Shown piece after piece: positions 38,013 to 51,653 of a stretch of 64,000 nucleotides of DNA (its first letter is position 1; every line of letters begins with the position of its first letter). The notes under the pieces were generated by a model. It did no database searches and was not told the origin of the DNA. It saw nothing but the letters and a program-made list of their open reading frames with translations. The translations under genes and the position numbers were made by a program. Where the stretch lies: positions 18,852,848 to 18,916,847 of the forward strand of contig CM120643.1 of NCBI GenBank assembly GCA_051362555.1. Reading direction: 5' to 3'. The stretch is from Lingula anatina (lineage: Eukaryota; Animalia; Brachiopoda).

Positions 38013-41000
38013 ATGGCCAGGCGAGCTGGGAGACCAAGGCTGGTCGTGAAATTGTCTATCCTGATCGTTTTGCTTCAGACTGGATTTGTTTTAATTTTAC
38101 ATTTGACAGGGGTCACATTGAGGATAAGTGACTCGGATAAAAACAGCGGAGAATGTCACCGTAGAATAAAAGTGGACAAATATTTCGTTGCTACAGGTGA
38201 TCGTAATGTTTCTGAAAAGATACTACGTCTGTGTGATATAGACGCAAGTCGCTCTGGTAAGTGTAAAGTGTTTAATGTTTGCATCTCTCTCCCTCCCTTC
38301 CTCATTCTCTCTTTCTCCAACACACACACACACACACACTGTCGGATACATAAAATGCAAAAGCATTTACGGTAATTGCACGTAATGTCTTTGTTTATGG
38401 TTTGTTATTCTTCATAATACGTCGTGTAAAGTCTAAAGAGGTATAGACGTTTTGTTTGTTGATGTGATTCAGAAGTTAAGTTTAAGAACCCCTTTTTTCG
38501 TCTTGGTCTGAGATTAAAGAGTAGGATTCCCCACTGATTGGTAGAATGTAACTGAGTGAACATTAAATGATTGAAACTGTTTACTGTTGTCAGCGTTGGA
38601 ATTCCACCGAGCGATTTACACGTAGCCTATACTGCGCTACCCTCTATCAGGGCGACTGATAGATTTTTACAGATATATACAGATATGTCTCTAGCTAGAT
38701 AGATGGGTCATTTTTAGCTGTTTTTTAGTGACTACGTATCAGTCGCCCTGGTAGAGGGTAATACTGCGCTGGCTTCGTGCGGAGGGCGTGAGATGGAGAA
38801 ACTCTCACTATAAGCTGTTTACACAGAGAACCTTAGGAATAGCTAACCTTCAGATTATCGCTACGCTACAGGGTATCTTGGAAACTTTTCTCAATTGACT
38901 AAATGTAAAGTGAATTTATCTGCATGTCCCTGCCGTTGCCATGGAGTGAGAAACATGCTGACAGGAGAGGAATGAGTTTCCAGGGACCTCAAAAAGGCAG
39001 AGTGAAAATGTCTCATATCGTTTTAGGGCGCATTCCCATAGATTTTAGATCGATCTATCCCCGTGGGGAGTCTCACTAGATTACTGTCAGATAATCCGGC
39101 TTAAATGTCCGTCCCGACTACTACAAGCTGTAAGGGGGTAATTAACTTTCGTGCCCGCTCGGCTAACAGCTATTTAGCGTAAACCCCCAGGGAGTAAGGT
39201 CAATCCAGTTGGATCGATCTAATCTCTGGGAATGGGGTCTTATCAAGTAATTTGGTGCAGCGGAAAGTTATGCAGGTACTACTGGTAACTGTAACATGTG
39301 CGGCAAAACAGTCGATATGGGCTGTGGTTTAGAGTGATTAGAGTGATAGGGATAACACAAGAAAGTGAAAACACTTATTTCCATCGTGGTCCATATTTGG
39401 GATGATCACGTGAATAAAATAAAAGAAAGGTTAAAATTAAAAAGGTTAAGTTATAGAAAAGTAGTTTTCTTCCTTGCAATTTAATTTATTTACACGCCAA
39501 ATCAAAATCGGCTAGTGGGTATGACGGCATACCATATTGTGTACTTAAATTCCCATCGATAATAGAAACAATTAAGCACTTATTTCAGTTAGTATTTGAC
39601 ACGGGAATTATACCATCAATTTGGAGAAAAGCTATCATTTGTCCGATTTTAAAGGATAGATCATCTGACCCACGTATACCAATGAATTACAGAGGGGTTA
39701 GTCTTCTCTCATGCATAAGTAAACTCTTTAGTTCGTTGTTGTGCAATCGAATGTCTGCTTACCTGAATAACAATAACTTACTAGCAGATGAGCAAAATGG
39801 TTTTAGGAAACATAGATCATGTGAAGATCATGTCTTTGCACTCAATAGTATTGTTAAGAATAACACGCAGGTATTCGCAGCATTTATTGATCTAAAAAAA
39901 TGTTTCGATTACATTGATAGAGATATTATGTTGTATAAGTTATTGATAAATGGGGTAGATGGAAAATTTTACCGAGTATTGAAAAACATATACTATCAAA
40001 CAACAGCCTGTGTCAAAATCAATGACACGTATACTGACTGGTTCAACTGTCGTACTGGTGTAAGGCAAGGCGACAACATCTCGCCAACTCGCCTATAGCT
40101 CAGCATTTAATACTATTGTACCAAGCAAATTGTATTTTAAACTTTTGGATGATCTTAATTTTCCACCAGCACTCTGCGATTGGATTTTAGATTTTCTTTT
40201 AAACAGAAAACAGTCAGTAAAAGTCGGTTTTAACTTCTCGGACACTATAGTTTTAAACACTGGCACACCCCAGGGCTGCGTCTTATCACCTTGTTTATAT
40301 ACGTTATTCACCCACGACTGTGTGGCGAGGGAGGAAAATACATTTTTAATGAAGTTTGCCGATGACACAACTTTAGTCGGCTTGATACACCATAATGATG
40401 AGATGTCGTACAGGCAGTCGGTTACAAGTTTAGTAAATTGGTGCACAGACAATGACTTGATATTAAATGTGAGCAAAACAAAAGAAATGATCATAGACTT
40501 CAGAAGAAATCAGATAAGTAAAAATCCCTTGGAAGTTAACGGTAAAGCGGTCGAACAGGTTTCTAATTATAAATTACTAGGGGTTCAGCTGAATAATAGG
40601 TTAACCTGGGGCGATAACATCACGAAGCTATTGAAAAAGGCACGTCAACGAATGTATTTCTTAAGGAAATTGAAAGCTTTTACCAGAAATGTGTTTATTT
40701 TAACGAACTTTTACAGGTGTGTTTTAGAGAGTATTTTAACTTATTCAGTAACTGTTTGGTATGGACGTGCAACTGTGGAGGAGAGGAACAAGTTGGAAAA
40801 GATCGTCGAAACTGCAGGGATTGTAATTGGAACAGATCTAACTCCCGTCCATACTATATATCTAGACAGGACTAAAAAGAAAACATTATCAATAATCACA
40901 GACAGTTCCCATCCAGCCCATACCCTTTTTAAATTTTTACCTAGCAATTCGAGACTCTTAGCTTTTAAGGGTAGTAAGCGATTTTTAAATAGCTTTTATC

Positions 41001-44000
41001 CTTCGGCAGTAACTATTTTTAACTCTAACATGTAATTTTAATTTTCATTTTTTATATTTCAATGGCGCTACTACAGGGCAAAAGATTCCCGATTTTATAC
41101 ATTTGTATTTTATTGGCTTAATAAATTATTATTATTATTATTATTATAACTCTGTTCTCTATTTTTGCTGAGATAGATATAGATATGATATAGTAGATGA
41201 AATTAATGATCTAGGAGTTGGAATAACGTACGAAGACAACCAGGTGTCTATTCTCCTATATGCAGACGACATTGTACTGGTAGCACCATCAGCACATAAT
41301 TTACAGATCATGCTAGATTGTCTTGTTAATTGGTGCAAACGCTGGAGGGTAATTCTCAACGCAAAGAAATCAAAATGTGTACATTTTAGACGCCAGAATG
41401 TAAAGGCTTCTCATTATACCTTCACTATTGGTAATAATGCTTTGGAGACAGTGGACAGTTATAAATACCTTGGTGTTACATTCCATTACTCAGGCCAATT
41501 TGTAGATAATGCTGAGGAGTTAGCGAAAGGGGCCAGCAGAGGGCTAGGTGGTATGATTAAGAGGATATATAGTTTGAAAGATATTGGATTTAGTACTTTT
41601 GAACAACTGTTCAGATCATGTATCATGCCTATCACTAACTACTGTGCCTCTGTATGGGGGTATAGGACATTCCCATCTATAGAGAATGTACAATTACGAG
41701 CTATTAGGAATTATCTGGGAGTGCATAGATTTACCCCAATATTAGCACTTTATGGTGAGGTCGGTTGGATGCCTCTAGTTTACACTCAGTGGTTGAGCAT
41801 AATTAGATATTGGAATAGATTAATTGCCATGGATAATAATAATAATAATAATAATAATAATTTATTAAGCCAATAAAATACAAATGTATAAAATCGGGAA
41901 TCTTTTGCCCTGTAGTAGCGCCATTGAAATATAAAAAATGAAAATTAAAATTACATGTTAGAGTTAAAAATAGTTACTGCCGAAGGATAAAAGCTATTTA
42001 AAAATCGCTTACTACCCTTAAAAGCTAAGAGTCTCGAATTGCTAGGTAAAAATTTAAAAAGGGTATGGGCTGGATGGGAACTGTCTGTCATTATTGATAA
42101 TGTTTTCTTTTTAGTCCTGTCTAGATATATAGTATGGACGGGAGTTAGATCTGTTCCAATTACAATCCCTGCAGTTTCGACGATCTTTTCCAACTTGTTC
42201 CTCTCCTCCACAGTTGCACGTCCATACCAAACAGTTACTGAATAAGTTAAAATACTCTCTAAAACACACCTGTAAAAGTTCGTTAAAATAAACACATTTC
42301 TGGTAAAAGCTTTCAATTTCCTTAAGAAATACATTCGTTGACGTGCCTTTTTCAATAGCTTCGTGATGTTATCGCCCCAGGTTAACCTATTATTCAGCTG
42401 AACCCCTAGTAATTTATAATAAGAAACCTGTTCGACCGCTTTACCGTTAACTTCCAAGGGATTTTTACTTATCTGATTTCTTCTGAAGTCTATGATCATT
42501 TCTTTTGTTTTGCTCACATTTAATATCAAGTCATTGTCTGTGCACCAATTTACTAAACTTGTAACCGACTGCCTGTATGACATCTCATCATTATGGTGTA
42601 TCAAGCCGACTAAAGTTGTGTCATCGGCAAACTTCATTAAAAATGTATTTTCCTCCCTCGCCACACAGTCGTGGGTGAATAACGTATATAAACAAGGTGA
42701 TAAGACGCAGCCCTGGGGTGTGCCAGTGTTTAAAACTATAGTGTCCGAGAAGTTAAAACCGACTTTTACTGACTGTTTTCTGTTTAAAAGAAAATCTAAA
42801 ATCCAATCGCAGAGTGCTGGTGGAAAATTAAGATCATCCAAAAGTTTAAAATACAATTTGCTTGGTACAATAGTATTAAATGCTGAGCTATAGTCAACAA
42901 ATAAAATTCTAACATAGGCATTTTTACAATCGAGATGTTCGAGAACTTTGTGTAAACACATAGAAAGAGCATCGTCTACACTTCTGTTACTGCGGTAGGC
43001 AAATTGGAGTGGATCAAAGCTATTTGGCACTAAAGTTTTAATAAAAGACAGAACAAGTTTTTCGAATATCTTCATAGGCACCGGTGTCAAAGCAACAGGA
43101 CGGAGATCATTTAAATTCTCTACAGTTTTACTTTTTGGCACAGGTATGATGGTTGCTGTCTTCCATATTTCAGGCACTCTGCACATTTCAATTGACCAGT
43201 TGAATATTTCGGCGAACACATCTGAAAGCTGGGCTGCGCATTCCTTTAAAAGTCGTGATGTTATACCGTCAGGGCCTGGAGCTTTCCTGGTGTTTAAAGC
43301 CGAGAAATAACACTTGACTTGCCATGATTGAATAGTAAATGGCGGCACGCGCTCCCCTAGGGTTGGTGTGTGGACCTGAGTGTGGTTGGTCCTATCAAAA
43401 CGAGAATAAAACTCATTCAACTTGTTAGGGAGTGTGGAGTCCTCTGTATCAACGGCACGTCTGGACCCTTTATACTGTGTGACCAGAGCGATATTGTCCC
43501 AGAGATCCTTTGCACTATTGGACTGGAATTTCTGTTCGATTTTCGAATTCATCTTTTTCTTTGCTTTTTTGATGGCAATTTTTAGGTCCAATTTTGTTTT
43601 ACGATATGCTGCAACATTTGTTTCTTTCTCACGGTACGCTTGGTCTTTAGCTTTTATAAGATTCTTTATGTTCTTGTCAACCCACAGTTTAGTGTTCGGG
43701 TATTGCTTAATAGTCCTAGAAGGAATGCAGATCTCTTCACAAAACTTGATGTACTCAGTTACCACTAAAGTGAAGTCATGGATGCTGTTGTCCGATTTAA
43801 GGGCTGCCCAATCAGTGGATTCAAAGCAATCATGCAAGCTGTCTATCGCAGACTTTGAGAAAGATTTCACGTTTCGGGATAATGGTTTCGCACTTTTCAA
43901 CGCAGTTCTGTAGACAGGTATCAGTAATACAGTGCAATGGTCCGAATTTCCAAGGCTCGATCGCTTGATTGCTTTGTAGGCATTCTTCGTCGCACAATAA

Positions 44001-47000
44001 CAATGGATGATAATAGACTAACCAAGAGACTGTTTGAGTACGACTACAAATTATGTAAAAATAACTGGTGTAGCGATCTCAGAATAATTATGCAAAAGCT
44101 GCAGTTAGAAGATATATTCACAATGCGGTCAGCGGTAGACTTAGAGCTGGCACATCGGAAAATTATTGAATTGTACAAGGTGATATGGAAAAACGACATC
44201 CTGAAAAAGCCAAAGCTAAGAACATATATACTCTTCAAAAACACCTTCAACTGGGAGTCATATGTTAAGTTGTCCATGAGTAAGTCATTAAGATCTGTAC
44301 TATGCCAATTAAGATGTGGTATACTACCACTAAGACTTGAGACAGGCCGATATGTAGGGGAAGAGGTTTCCTCCCGACTCTGTAAATTGTGTCACATGAA
44401 CTTGATTGAGGATGAGGTCCACTTTGTGTTAATATGCCCTCTATACGTGGACATACGACACCAGTTTTTGGGAGACCTGGACGGCAGTAATGTCGACAGG
44501 GAAGATTTAATTAAAACGTTAATACACATAATTGTAAATAAACCTAAAAACTTGGCACATTATCTAAAAGACAGTTTAAGTCTAAGACAGACAGTCTTAT
44601 TGTACCAGCAGCGTTAGCGCTGGCGGTACACATGGTTTTAGTCCCGTCCGGATCGTTCCGCCGGCTCCGCCGGCTCCTGCGGCTCCGCCGGACGGCTACC
44701 GTTACCGCTTCTCCTCCTAGACGGTAAGGGCCCCCGTACCCATCTCTTGGATTTAGGTCACCTATAATCTCAACTCGTTCCACGTAAAATTTGGGCTTTG
44801 TCGGTATTGGGGTCTAGGTGTGGCACTCATTGCAATGCACCCTTGTCTAAAAATGGCAAAATTAAATGCTAATTATCTACCCTACGGATGGAATTATGGG
44901 AAAAATTTCTACAGACGGCTTTCCAAAAGTTATATGTGTAGATTTCAAATATGCCCTTGGATTTGACCTTTGACCTTTATTTCAAGGTCAAACGGGCCAA
45001 AATTTTCAAAAAAATTGATTTTTTTTACGAAAAAAAAATTATTTGCCCTGTTATTCAGACACCACACAGACTTAACCAATAATATGATTGGAAGTTGTTA
45101 CCCTTCAGGTCATCTTTCATATCCGTGAATTTGGGGTCAATCGGTGCATTTTCACAGGAGTAGCGGCCATAAGATACTGAAACTGAAAACTGTCTCTAAT
45201 TCGGGAACCGTTAACGCTAGAGACCCATTCTTTTTTGCATTTTGTAGAGCATGTAAAGCCCAACACTGAAAGTGGTCTCCGTTTTTTTGTATTCCATACG
45301 GTTTTCGAGTTACGCTGTATCAAAAAGTACATATTTGTGGTGAAAGCAAAATGTGCAGTACGGTAATGGATAATAAATTTTGAACTCCAGAAAAAAAAAA
45401 TATAAGGCTTGGCAAAGCAGACAACTTATGGTCAAAAATGACATTATTTCATCAAATTTGAACTTCTGGAACTTCAGAGCACCTCCCATTTCAAGAATTT
45501 TGACCAAAATGACCTTTTCTTTATTTTAATTAATTTTTTTCTGTAGGAAATTTATGGCACATTATGGTAACTCCAAAATTATAACATTTAGTCCTTTATA
45601 TCTACAAAACTGGCAGAGATAGGGCCATAGTTACTATTGAAGTTGAATAGGAAGTCATATACTGGCAATCTTACTGTGACCTTAAAATTGACCTTTGACC
45701 TACTTTTCACCATGAACTGAACTTTGCAAATTTTGCTTCCCTTATATCTCCAAAACTGGCAGAGATAGGTCCATAGTTACTATTGAAGTTGAATAGGAAG
45801 TCATATACTGGCAATCTTACTGTGACCTTAAAATTGACCTTTGACCTACTTTTCACCATGAATTGAACTTTGCAAATTTTGCTTCCCTTTTATCTCCAAA
45901 ACTGGCAGAGATAGGTCCATAGTTTCTATTGAACTTGAATAGGAAGTCATATACTGGCAATCTAAATGTGACCTTAAAATTGACCTTTGACCTACTTTTC
46001 ACCATGAACTGAACTTTGCAAATTTTGCTTCCCTTTTATCTCCAAAACTGGCAGAGATAGGTCCATAGTTACTATTGAAGTTGAATAGGAAGTCATATAC
46101 TGGCAATCTTACTGTGACCTTAAAATTGACCTTTGACCTACTTTTCACCATGAATTGAACTTTGCAAATTTTGCTTCCCTTTTATCTCCAAAACTGGCAG
46201 AGATAGGTCCATAGTTTCTATTGAACTTGAATAGGAAGTCATATACTGGCAATCTAAATGTGACCTTAAAATTGACCTTTGACCTACTTTTCACCATGAA
46301 CTGAACTTTGCAAATTTTGCTTCCCTTTTATCTCCAAAACTGGCAGAGATAGGTCCATAGTTACTATTGCAGTTGAATAGGAAGTCATATACTGGCAATC
46401 TAAATGTGACCTTAAAATTGACTTTTGACCGACTTTTCACCATGAACTGAACTTTGCAAATTTTGCTTCCCTTTTATCTCCAAAGTTACGCTGTATCAAA
46501 AAGTACATTGGTGGTGAAAGCCAAATGTGCAGTAGGGTAATGGATAATAAATTTTGAACTCCAGAAAAATAAAACATAAGGCTTGGCAAAGCAGACAACT
46601 CGTGGTCAAAAATGACATTATATCATCAAATTTGAACATCTCGAACTTCAGAACACCTCCCATTTCAAGAATTTTGACCAAAATGACCTTTTCTTTATTT
46701 TAATTAATTTTTTCTGTAGGAAATTTATGGCACATTATGGTAACTCCAAAATTATAACATTTAGTCCTTTATATCTACAAAACTGGCAGAGATAGGTCCA
46801 TAGTTACTATTGAAGTTGAATAGGAAGTCATATACTGGCAATCTTACTGTGACCTTGAAATTGACCTTTGACCTACTTTTCACCATGAATTGAACTTTGC
46901 AAATTTTGCTTCCCTTTTATCTCCAAAACTGGCAGAGATAGGTCCATAGTTACTGTTGAAGTTGAATAGGAAGTCATATACTGGCAATCTAAATGTGACC

Positions 47001-50000
47001 TTAAAATTGACCTTTGGCCTACTTTTCACCATGAACTGAACTTTGCGAATTTTGCTTCCCTTTTATCTCCAAAACTGGCAGAGATAGGTCCATAGTTACT
47101 ATTAACTTGAATAGGAAGTCATATACTGGCAATTTACTGTGACCTTGAAATTGACCTTTGGCCTACCTTACGATGAATTCACTTTGATTGTACCATTTTA
47201 AGTTATATATATTTTTTGCATATTTTGGAAATTCCTGTGATTGCATTTTTACAGCTTGTCAAGCACAAGACTGGTGGCTGTGTCCCTTACTTTGTGTATG
47301 TGGAGGTCTATACGAATGCGCGTGCTCCAGCTGGTGGTACAATATTCGGAGGCGGTATCGCCTCTCTGATCCTCTAGTTTAAGGCGGCACATGTGCTGAG
47401 TATACCATGAATTATAGTGTTTATTTAACTTCCAGCTTTAATATTTATGTATATATATTACTATGATGATTATTTTTTTTTTACTATTATTATTATTCTT
47501 TGTTTCTGATATATTGTAGTATTATATAGTACGGTGACTTGTAGGCCCATGAGGCCGGGTGAGGCTCTCACATGTCACGTTAATAAATAAATAAATTAAA
47601 TTATTTATGTGTGTCTCTCGGCGCGTGTGTGTGGTAAAACAAGGCTGATTGTTCGCTATTATTTTATCCAGTTGGGAGTTTTGACATCGATCATAATGGC
47701 AGTTGCAGTACGGTCTAAGTATGAAAAAAATCTATATTCGACAAGTGGGCAACTAGAAAGCTGTTCCTCATGTATAACACGCATTTGTATACTTAGGTCC
47801 TTAATGGGATTACATCTGTTGTATAAAAATGGGTTTGGGCGATTAATGTAGGCATACCTACTATGTTTGTAGTCTTGAGTACAGAATACGTAATCGTATG
47901 ACTAACCGCGAGAGATACTCTCATATGAATTAAACAGTAAATGACAAAATCAAGTAATTTATAGGTACACGTAGTATAGCTAATGTATTTCTCTTGATCT
48001 GGAAAATAAGTAGCAACTGAATACCCTAAATTTGAGGCTCAAATGTGTGCCATCGTCTTCATGATCAATTTTTTAGTCTGTGCGCACTAAAAAAACGACG
48101 AAAATGGCCCGCGTAGGACCTGAAACTCAGACTAGTATCCTACGTTAAATTCTAAAGAGAAAAAGACAATTTTTTGTAAACCAAACTCATCATTTTCAGT
48201 TGGAAACACTGGAGTTACGAAGAATTTTACTATAAGCCTCCAAGAAGTCTCTCAGAAGCTGCAAAGCATCGACCCAGGCGGACAATGGAACCCACGCGAC
48301 TGTCTGGCGAGAAATAGCGTTACTTTAGTAGTGCCATTCAGGGATAGATGGGGCCATCTGGCGGTGTTTTTAAATTTCATGCATCCTTTTTTACAGAGGC
48401 AACTTTTACACTACAGGATATTAGTTGTTGAGCAGGTACCAGTATACATGTACCTTAGTGACATCACTTGCTGACCCAGTAGTCGTGAAGGCAACATTTG
48501 TGATCATATAGAAATTTAGCCTGAGTACTCAGAATACTTTACTAATTGATGAGCTAAGCTGGTGTTAATTTTGATTTTGTAACTGGCAATTTCAATATTT
48601 TTCATATACGCCCCTTAAGATAGATATTTGACTGCGTGAAATGTTATTCGATTCTTAAATATAATTTATCTTATACTAAGTTGCAAGTCGGCTAATGAAC
48701 GCTGCCCCCACCGTGAGTTTCAGAGGGCACTTGGAACGCATAACTCCGATATGCTTCTGTCGTGACGCTACATGTAGAGACGGCAGTTTCCAGTGTTTTA
48801 AAATTATTTTCCTCTGAAACCCAGGATACCTTCCCTTGGCGTTAACATGAAATCATTAGTTCCTTGTTATGGTGGATAAATATATGATCTTTTTGTCCAT
48901 TAATTGTGCAATTTCTGATGATGGGCCTGCTGGTGAATGAAGCCATGCATTCTTTCATTGTAATGTGCCTTATGTTTCAGATTGGAATCGGGGTGTACAA
49001 CAAAGCGATGTTAATGAACGCAGCCTTTCTAGAAATAAGACAGCATTTCCCCACGGATTGTGTTATATTCCACGACGTAGATCTCATTCCGGAACTTAAC
49101 AATAATTCCTACGCATGCGCCAGAGAGCCAAGACACTTGGCACCAGCTGTGGACGTATTGGATTACAAGTAAGATTGAAGAAACACCGTATACATATATA
49201 TTGTAAAATGCTTTTAGTTCTTTTTTTCGCAGTGGACACTGGGGAAAAAAACCAAGTTTAGGAGACTGAATTCCATGCTGTCACCATGCCACGGCTGTCT
49301 GATCTGGACAGGGGCTGTGCCATTGATCATTGACACTGGCACAGTGTCATGGTTTGGGCAGGCGTAAGACAGAACTCGTGGTGATTTTAAGGTGATTATA
49401 AGACAGAACTCGTGGTGATTGTGCCATTCGTACACTAACATCCAACCGTAGGCTTGCTCCATCGGGACATCACCCGTCCCCATAACGCCAGGATAGCACA
49501 GGCATACATGCAGCAGTAGCGGATCCAGTCTCTTTTTTCTTAGACCAGACACGTCTCCCATGACTGCGATGATTTGGTCAACCGACTTCACAACCACCAG
49601 CCACAGCCTACCACCCTCATAGAGTTAAGAGCTGCACTGGTGGAAGAATGGAGAAAGATGACTCACAAAAGCATAAAACCATATACATATCAAAACTTGC
49701 GTTTCCTTTTTTTTTTGGTTAGTATATGCACTGCAAAGTAAAATCAAATTTATATATCTGATACCGGCCTTGCGAAAAGAGTCAATGAAGTAGTTGTCTC
49801 ATACTATGCAGTTTCAGTGTGCTAAGATTGTTTTCTTCTCCATTTCAGTCTTCCTTACGGTCCCCTTGTGGGCGGTGTACTGATGTTCACTCCCCAGGAC
49901 TTCCAGGCTGTCAATGGTTATTCCAACGCTTACTGGGGCTGGGGAGCAGAAGATGATGATATGGGTTATAGGTAACCAGCGTCTGAACCCTCTTTTTCCT

Positions 50001-51062
50001 AAAGTCGTATGTGTAGAAGCCACAGGGCGACATTTTGGGTGGGGTGGTACTTGACCTTTTTCTTTTTTTTTAATCATATCAGTCATAAGCGCAGGAAGCA
50101 TTATGAGCTAAGCCCCCCTCGCTATTTTTTTTTCTGAATGGTCATTTCTCCCCCCCCCCTCCACAAACCCACACATACACAAACCCGCTTCCTACAAACT
50201 GTTACTCTTACATGCAGGAGTTGGAGAATCTCTCTCTCTCTCCATCTCTCTCCCCCCACCTCTCTCTCTCTCTCTTTCGCGCGCGCGCGCGTCCGTGCAT
50301 ATTGTTCTTGTCTCTTCGGCGACCTTCATTGACTTACATATCTGTTTCAATTTCAGAATAAAAAAGGCCGGTTTAAGGATTTCGCGCCCATCCCTCAATA
50401 CCGGCCGTTATACTATGTTAGTGCATACACAGCGCAGGAAAAACGAAAGAAGGTAAATGTAGACTTAGACATGATATATTAATACTTATCAATGCGGGGG
50501 CTCGACTTAAGATTTGTCAAGAGAAATATAGAGGTGTGACTGCCACTGTACAACAAAGTTTTTTTAAATCATGTTTTAAACAAAAAATAATGATAATACA
50601 TTCTTACAAGGTGATTTCCATAAAATCTCCGTGCGACTTACAAAAGTGTTAAGATTTTAAATTATACACTAGAAATGGCTAAATTTTAAACAACCATGCT
50701 TTGTTTATGATATCTTTTTAATATTTTAAATAAATGGCCTAAATTTTTTAAATGTTCATTTTCATCATGAGCATTAAAGCCGATTAAAATTTATGCTTTT
50801 GGCAAATGTTATCTTAGGGTTTGGGCATACATGTATATCTAAAATGCCCCTTCAATAAACTTCAGCTGTACAGATGTAAAAGTTATACTGAACTTCACGA
50901 ATTCTCATATGTAATTCCAGAGTTGAAATTCTTCAGAAAGGCATGGAGCGACAGCCCTGGGACGGTCTGAGTAACGTTAACTACTCAGTGCTTGACATCA
51001 GATTAAAGCCCCTGTTCACGCACATGTTGATAGACATAGGGAAAACGCCTGACACGTACTGA
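38013..51062 (+). CDS. GT7 beta-1,4-glycosyltransferase copy 3, intact, 342 aa
   Basis: Exons 38013-38256, 48200-48435, 48981-49168, 49849-49971, 50357-50452 and 50921-51062 sum to 1029 nt in an open frame with GT-AG introns. Intron 1 is about 9.9 kb because of a TE nest. Confidence 0.92.
40091..41147 (+). mobile_element. Rex1/Babar-like LINE, 5'-truncated copy B1
   Basis: ORF 40130-41035 ([29 protein letters not shown]), (TTA)n tail and 5-bp TSD AACTC. Confidence 0.88.
41835..44002 (-). mobile_element. Rex1/Babar-like LINE copy B2 with an uninterrupted RT frame
   Basis: The 649-aa ORF 41951-43900 is open up to the 5' truncation (LGNSDH endonuclease end) and contains [22 protein letters not shown] and FADD. 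(TTA)n tail; 6-bp TSD ATGGAT. Confidence 0.92.
44637..47379 (+). mobile_element. Helentron/Helitron-like non-autonomous element with an internal tandem array
   Basis: Inserted in a T run with no TSD. Starts TTTAGTCCCG followed by a short GC microsatellite (CCGCCGGCT)n. Ends with hairpin GAGGCG-GTAT-CGCCTC and CTAGTT. Confidence 0.6.
45597..47185. repeat. 146-bp satellite: 6 units + 290-bp duplicated spacer + about 2.7 units
   Basis: TGGCAGAGATAG recurs at 45611, 45757, 45903, 46049, 46195, 46341, 46784, 46930 and 47076. The spacer 46485-46775 repeats 45308-45600. Confidence 0.95.
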
Positions 51063-51653
51063 TACCAAGCACGCGTTCATCTAGGGATGCAACAATACAT
51101 ATACCAGCATATATTGCTTTACTACTGAAAAGAGCGACAGACAGAAGTCTTGTACCAGGAATGGTAATCTACTAGGAACCATAGTCTGCTTCCCATGGCT
51201 ATTTGTTCCGGTGACATTCTTCTCATATACTAACCCCAATACTCCGACTTACCTTAACCTGTTCTAATTATATGGGACCCCGGACTTTATTCATAGGACT
51301 ACCATTCCTGTTACATCTGTCTTAAAGCCAGCGGTGCTTTATTAATTTGGCATATTTATTGCTTTAATGAGCAATTTTAAAAAAGGATGTGAATAATAGT
51401 TTTTTTCGGCGTAGACACAGAGACACTTGTGATTTAGCGTTACTTTTTGCTTCGTGATTTTAGATACCGTTGTTACGATGTACGACTCGAGGACCGTCGA
51501 AAAGATGAACATAGTTTTCAGCACGGGGCTAACATTTACTCTGATGAAAAATTCACATCGGCTTTCTGTTTTCAAAAGAATTCTTAAATTGCGTTGTTTT
51601 TTATATGTATGTACAGGTACATGTAGGCTACATGTATCTTCTAAAGATATAAC

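Larger units (their letters stand above)
39493..47595 (+). mobile_element. 5'-truncated CR1/L2-group LINE in intron 1 of copy 3, in four pieces (39493-40090, 41153-41834, 44009-44636, about 47380-47595)
   Basis: RT motifs continue across the insertions: [27 protein letters not shown]|LFS, LLYADD, LIAMD|DNRLTK and [14 protein letters not shown], with a stop at 44617. The 3' end has a GTGAC..GTCAC hairpin and (TAAA)n. 12-bp TSD TTAA(T/A)TTATTTA; empty site at about 14959. Confidence 0.88.

Noticed and set aside
41834-41876. Poly-Asn tail on the 210-aa ORF
   Set aside because: It is simply the (TTA)n tail of LINE B2 read on the opposite strand.
43937-44617. 226-aa ORF as a stand-alone gene
   Set aside because: It is a chimera of the antisense 5' end of LINE B2 and the C-terminus of the host CR1-like ORF2.
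45597-47185. CRISPR-like regular array
   Set aside because: The units are contiguous with no unique spacers, there are no cas genes, and the context is eukaryotic.
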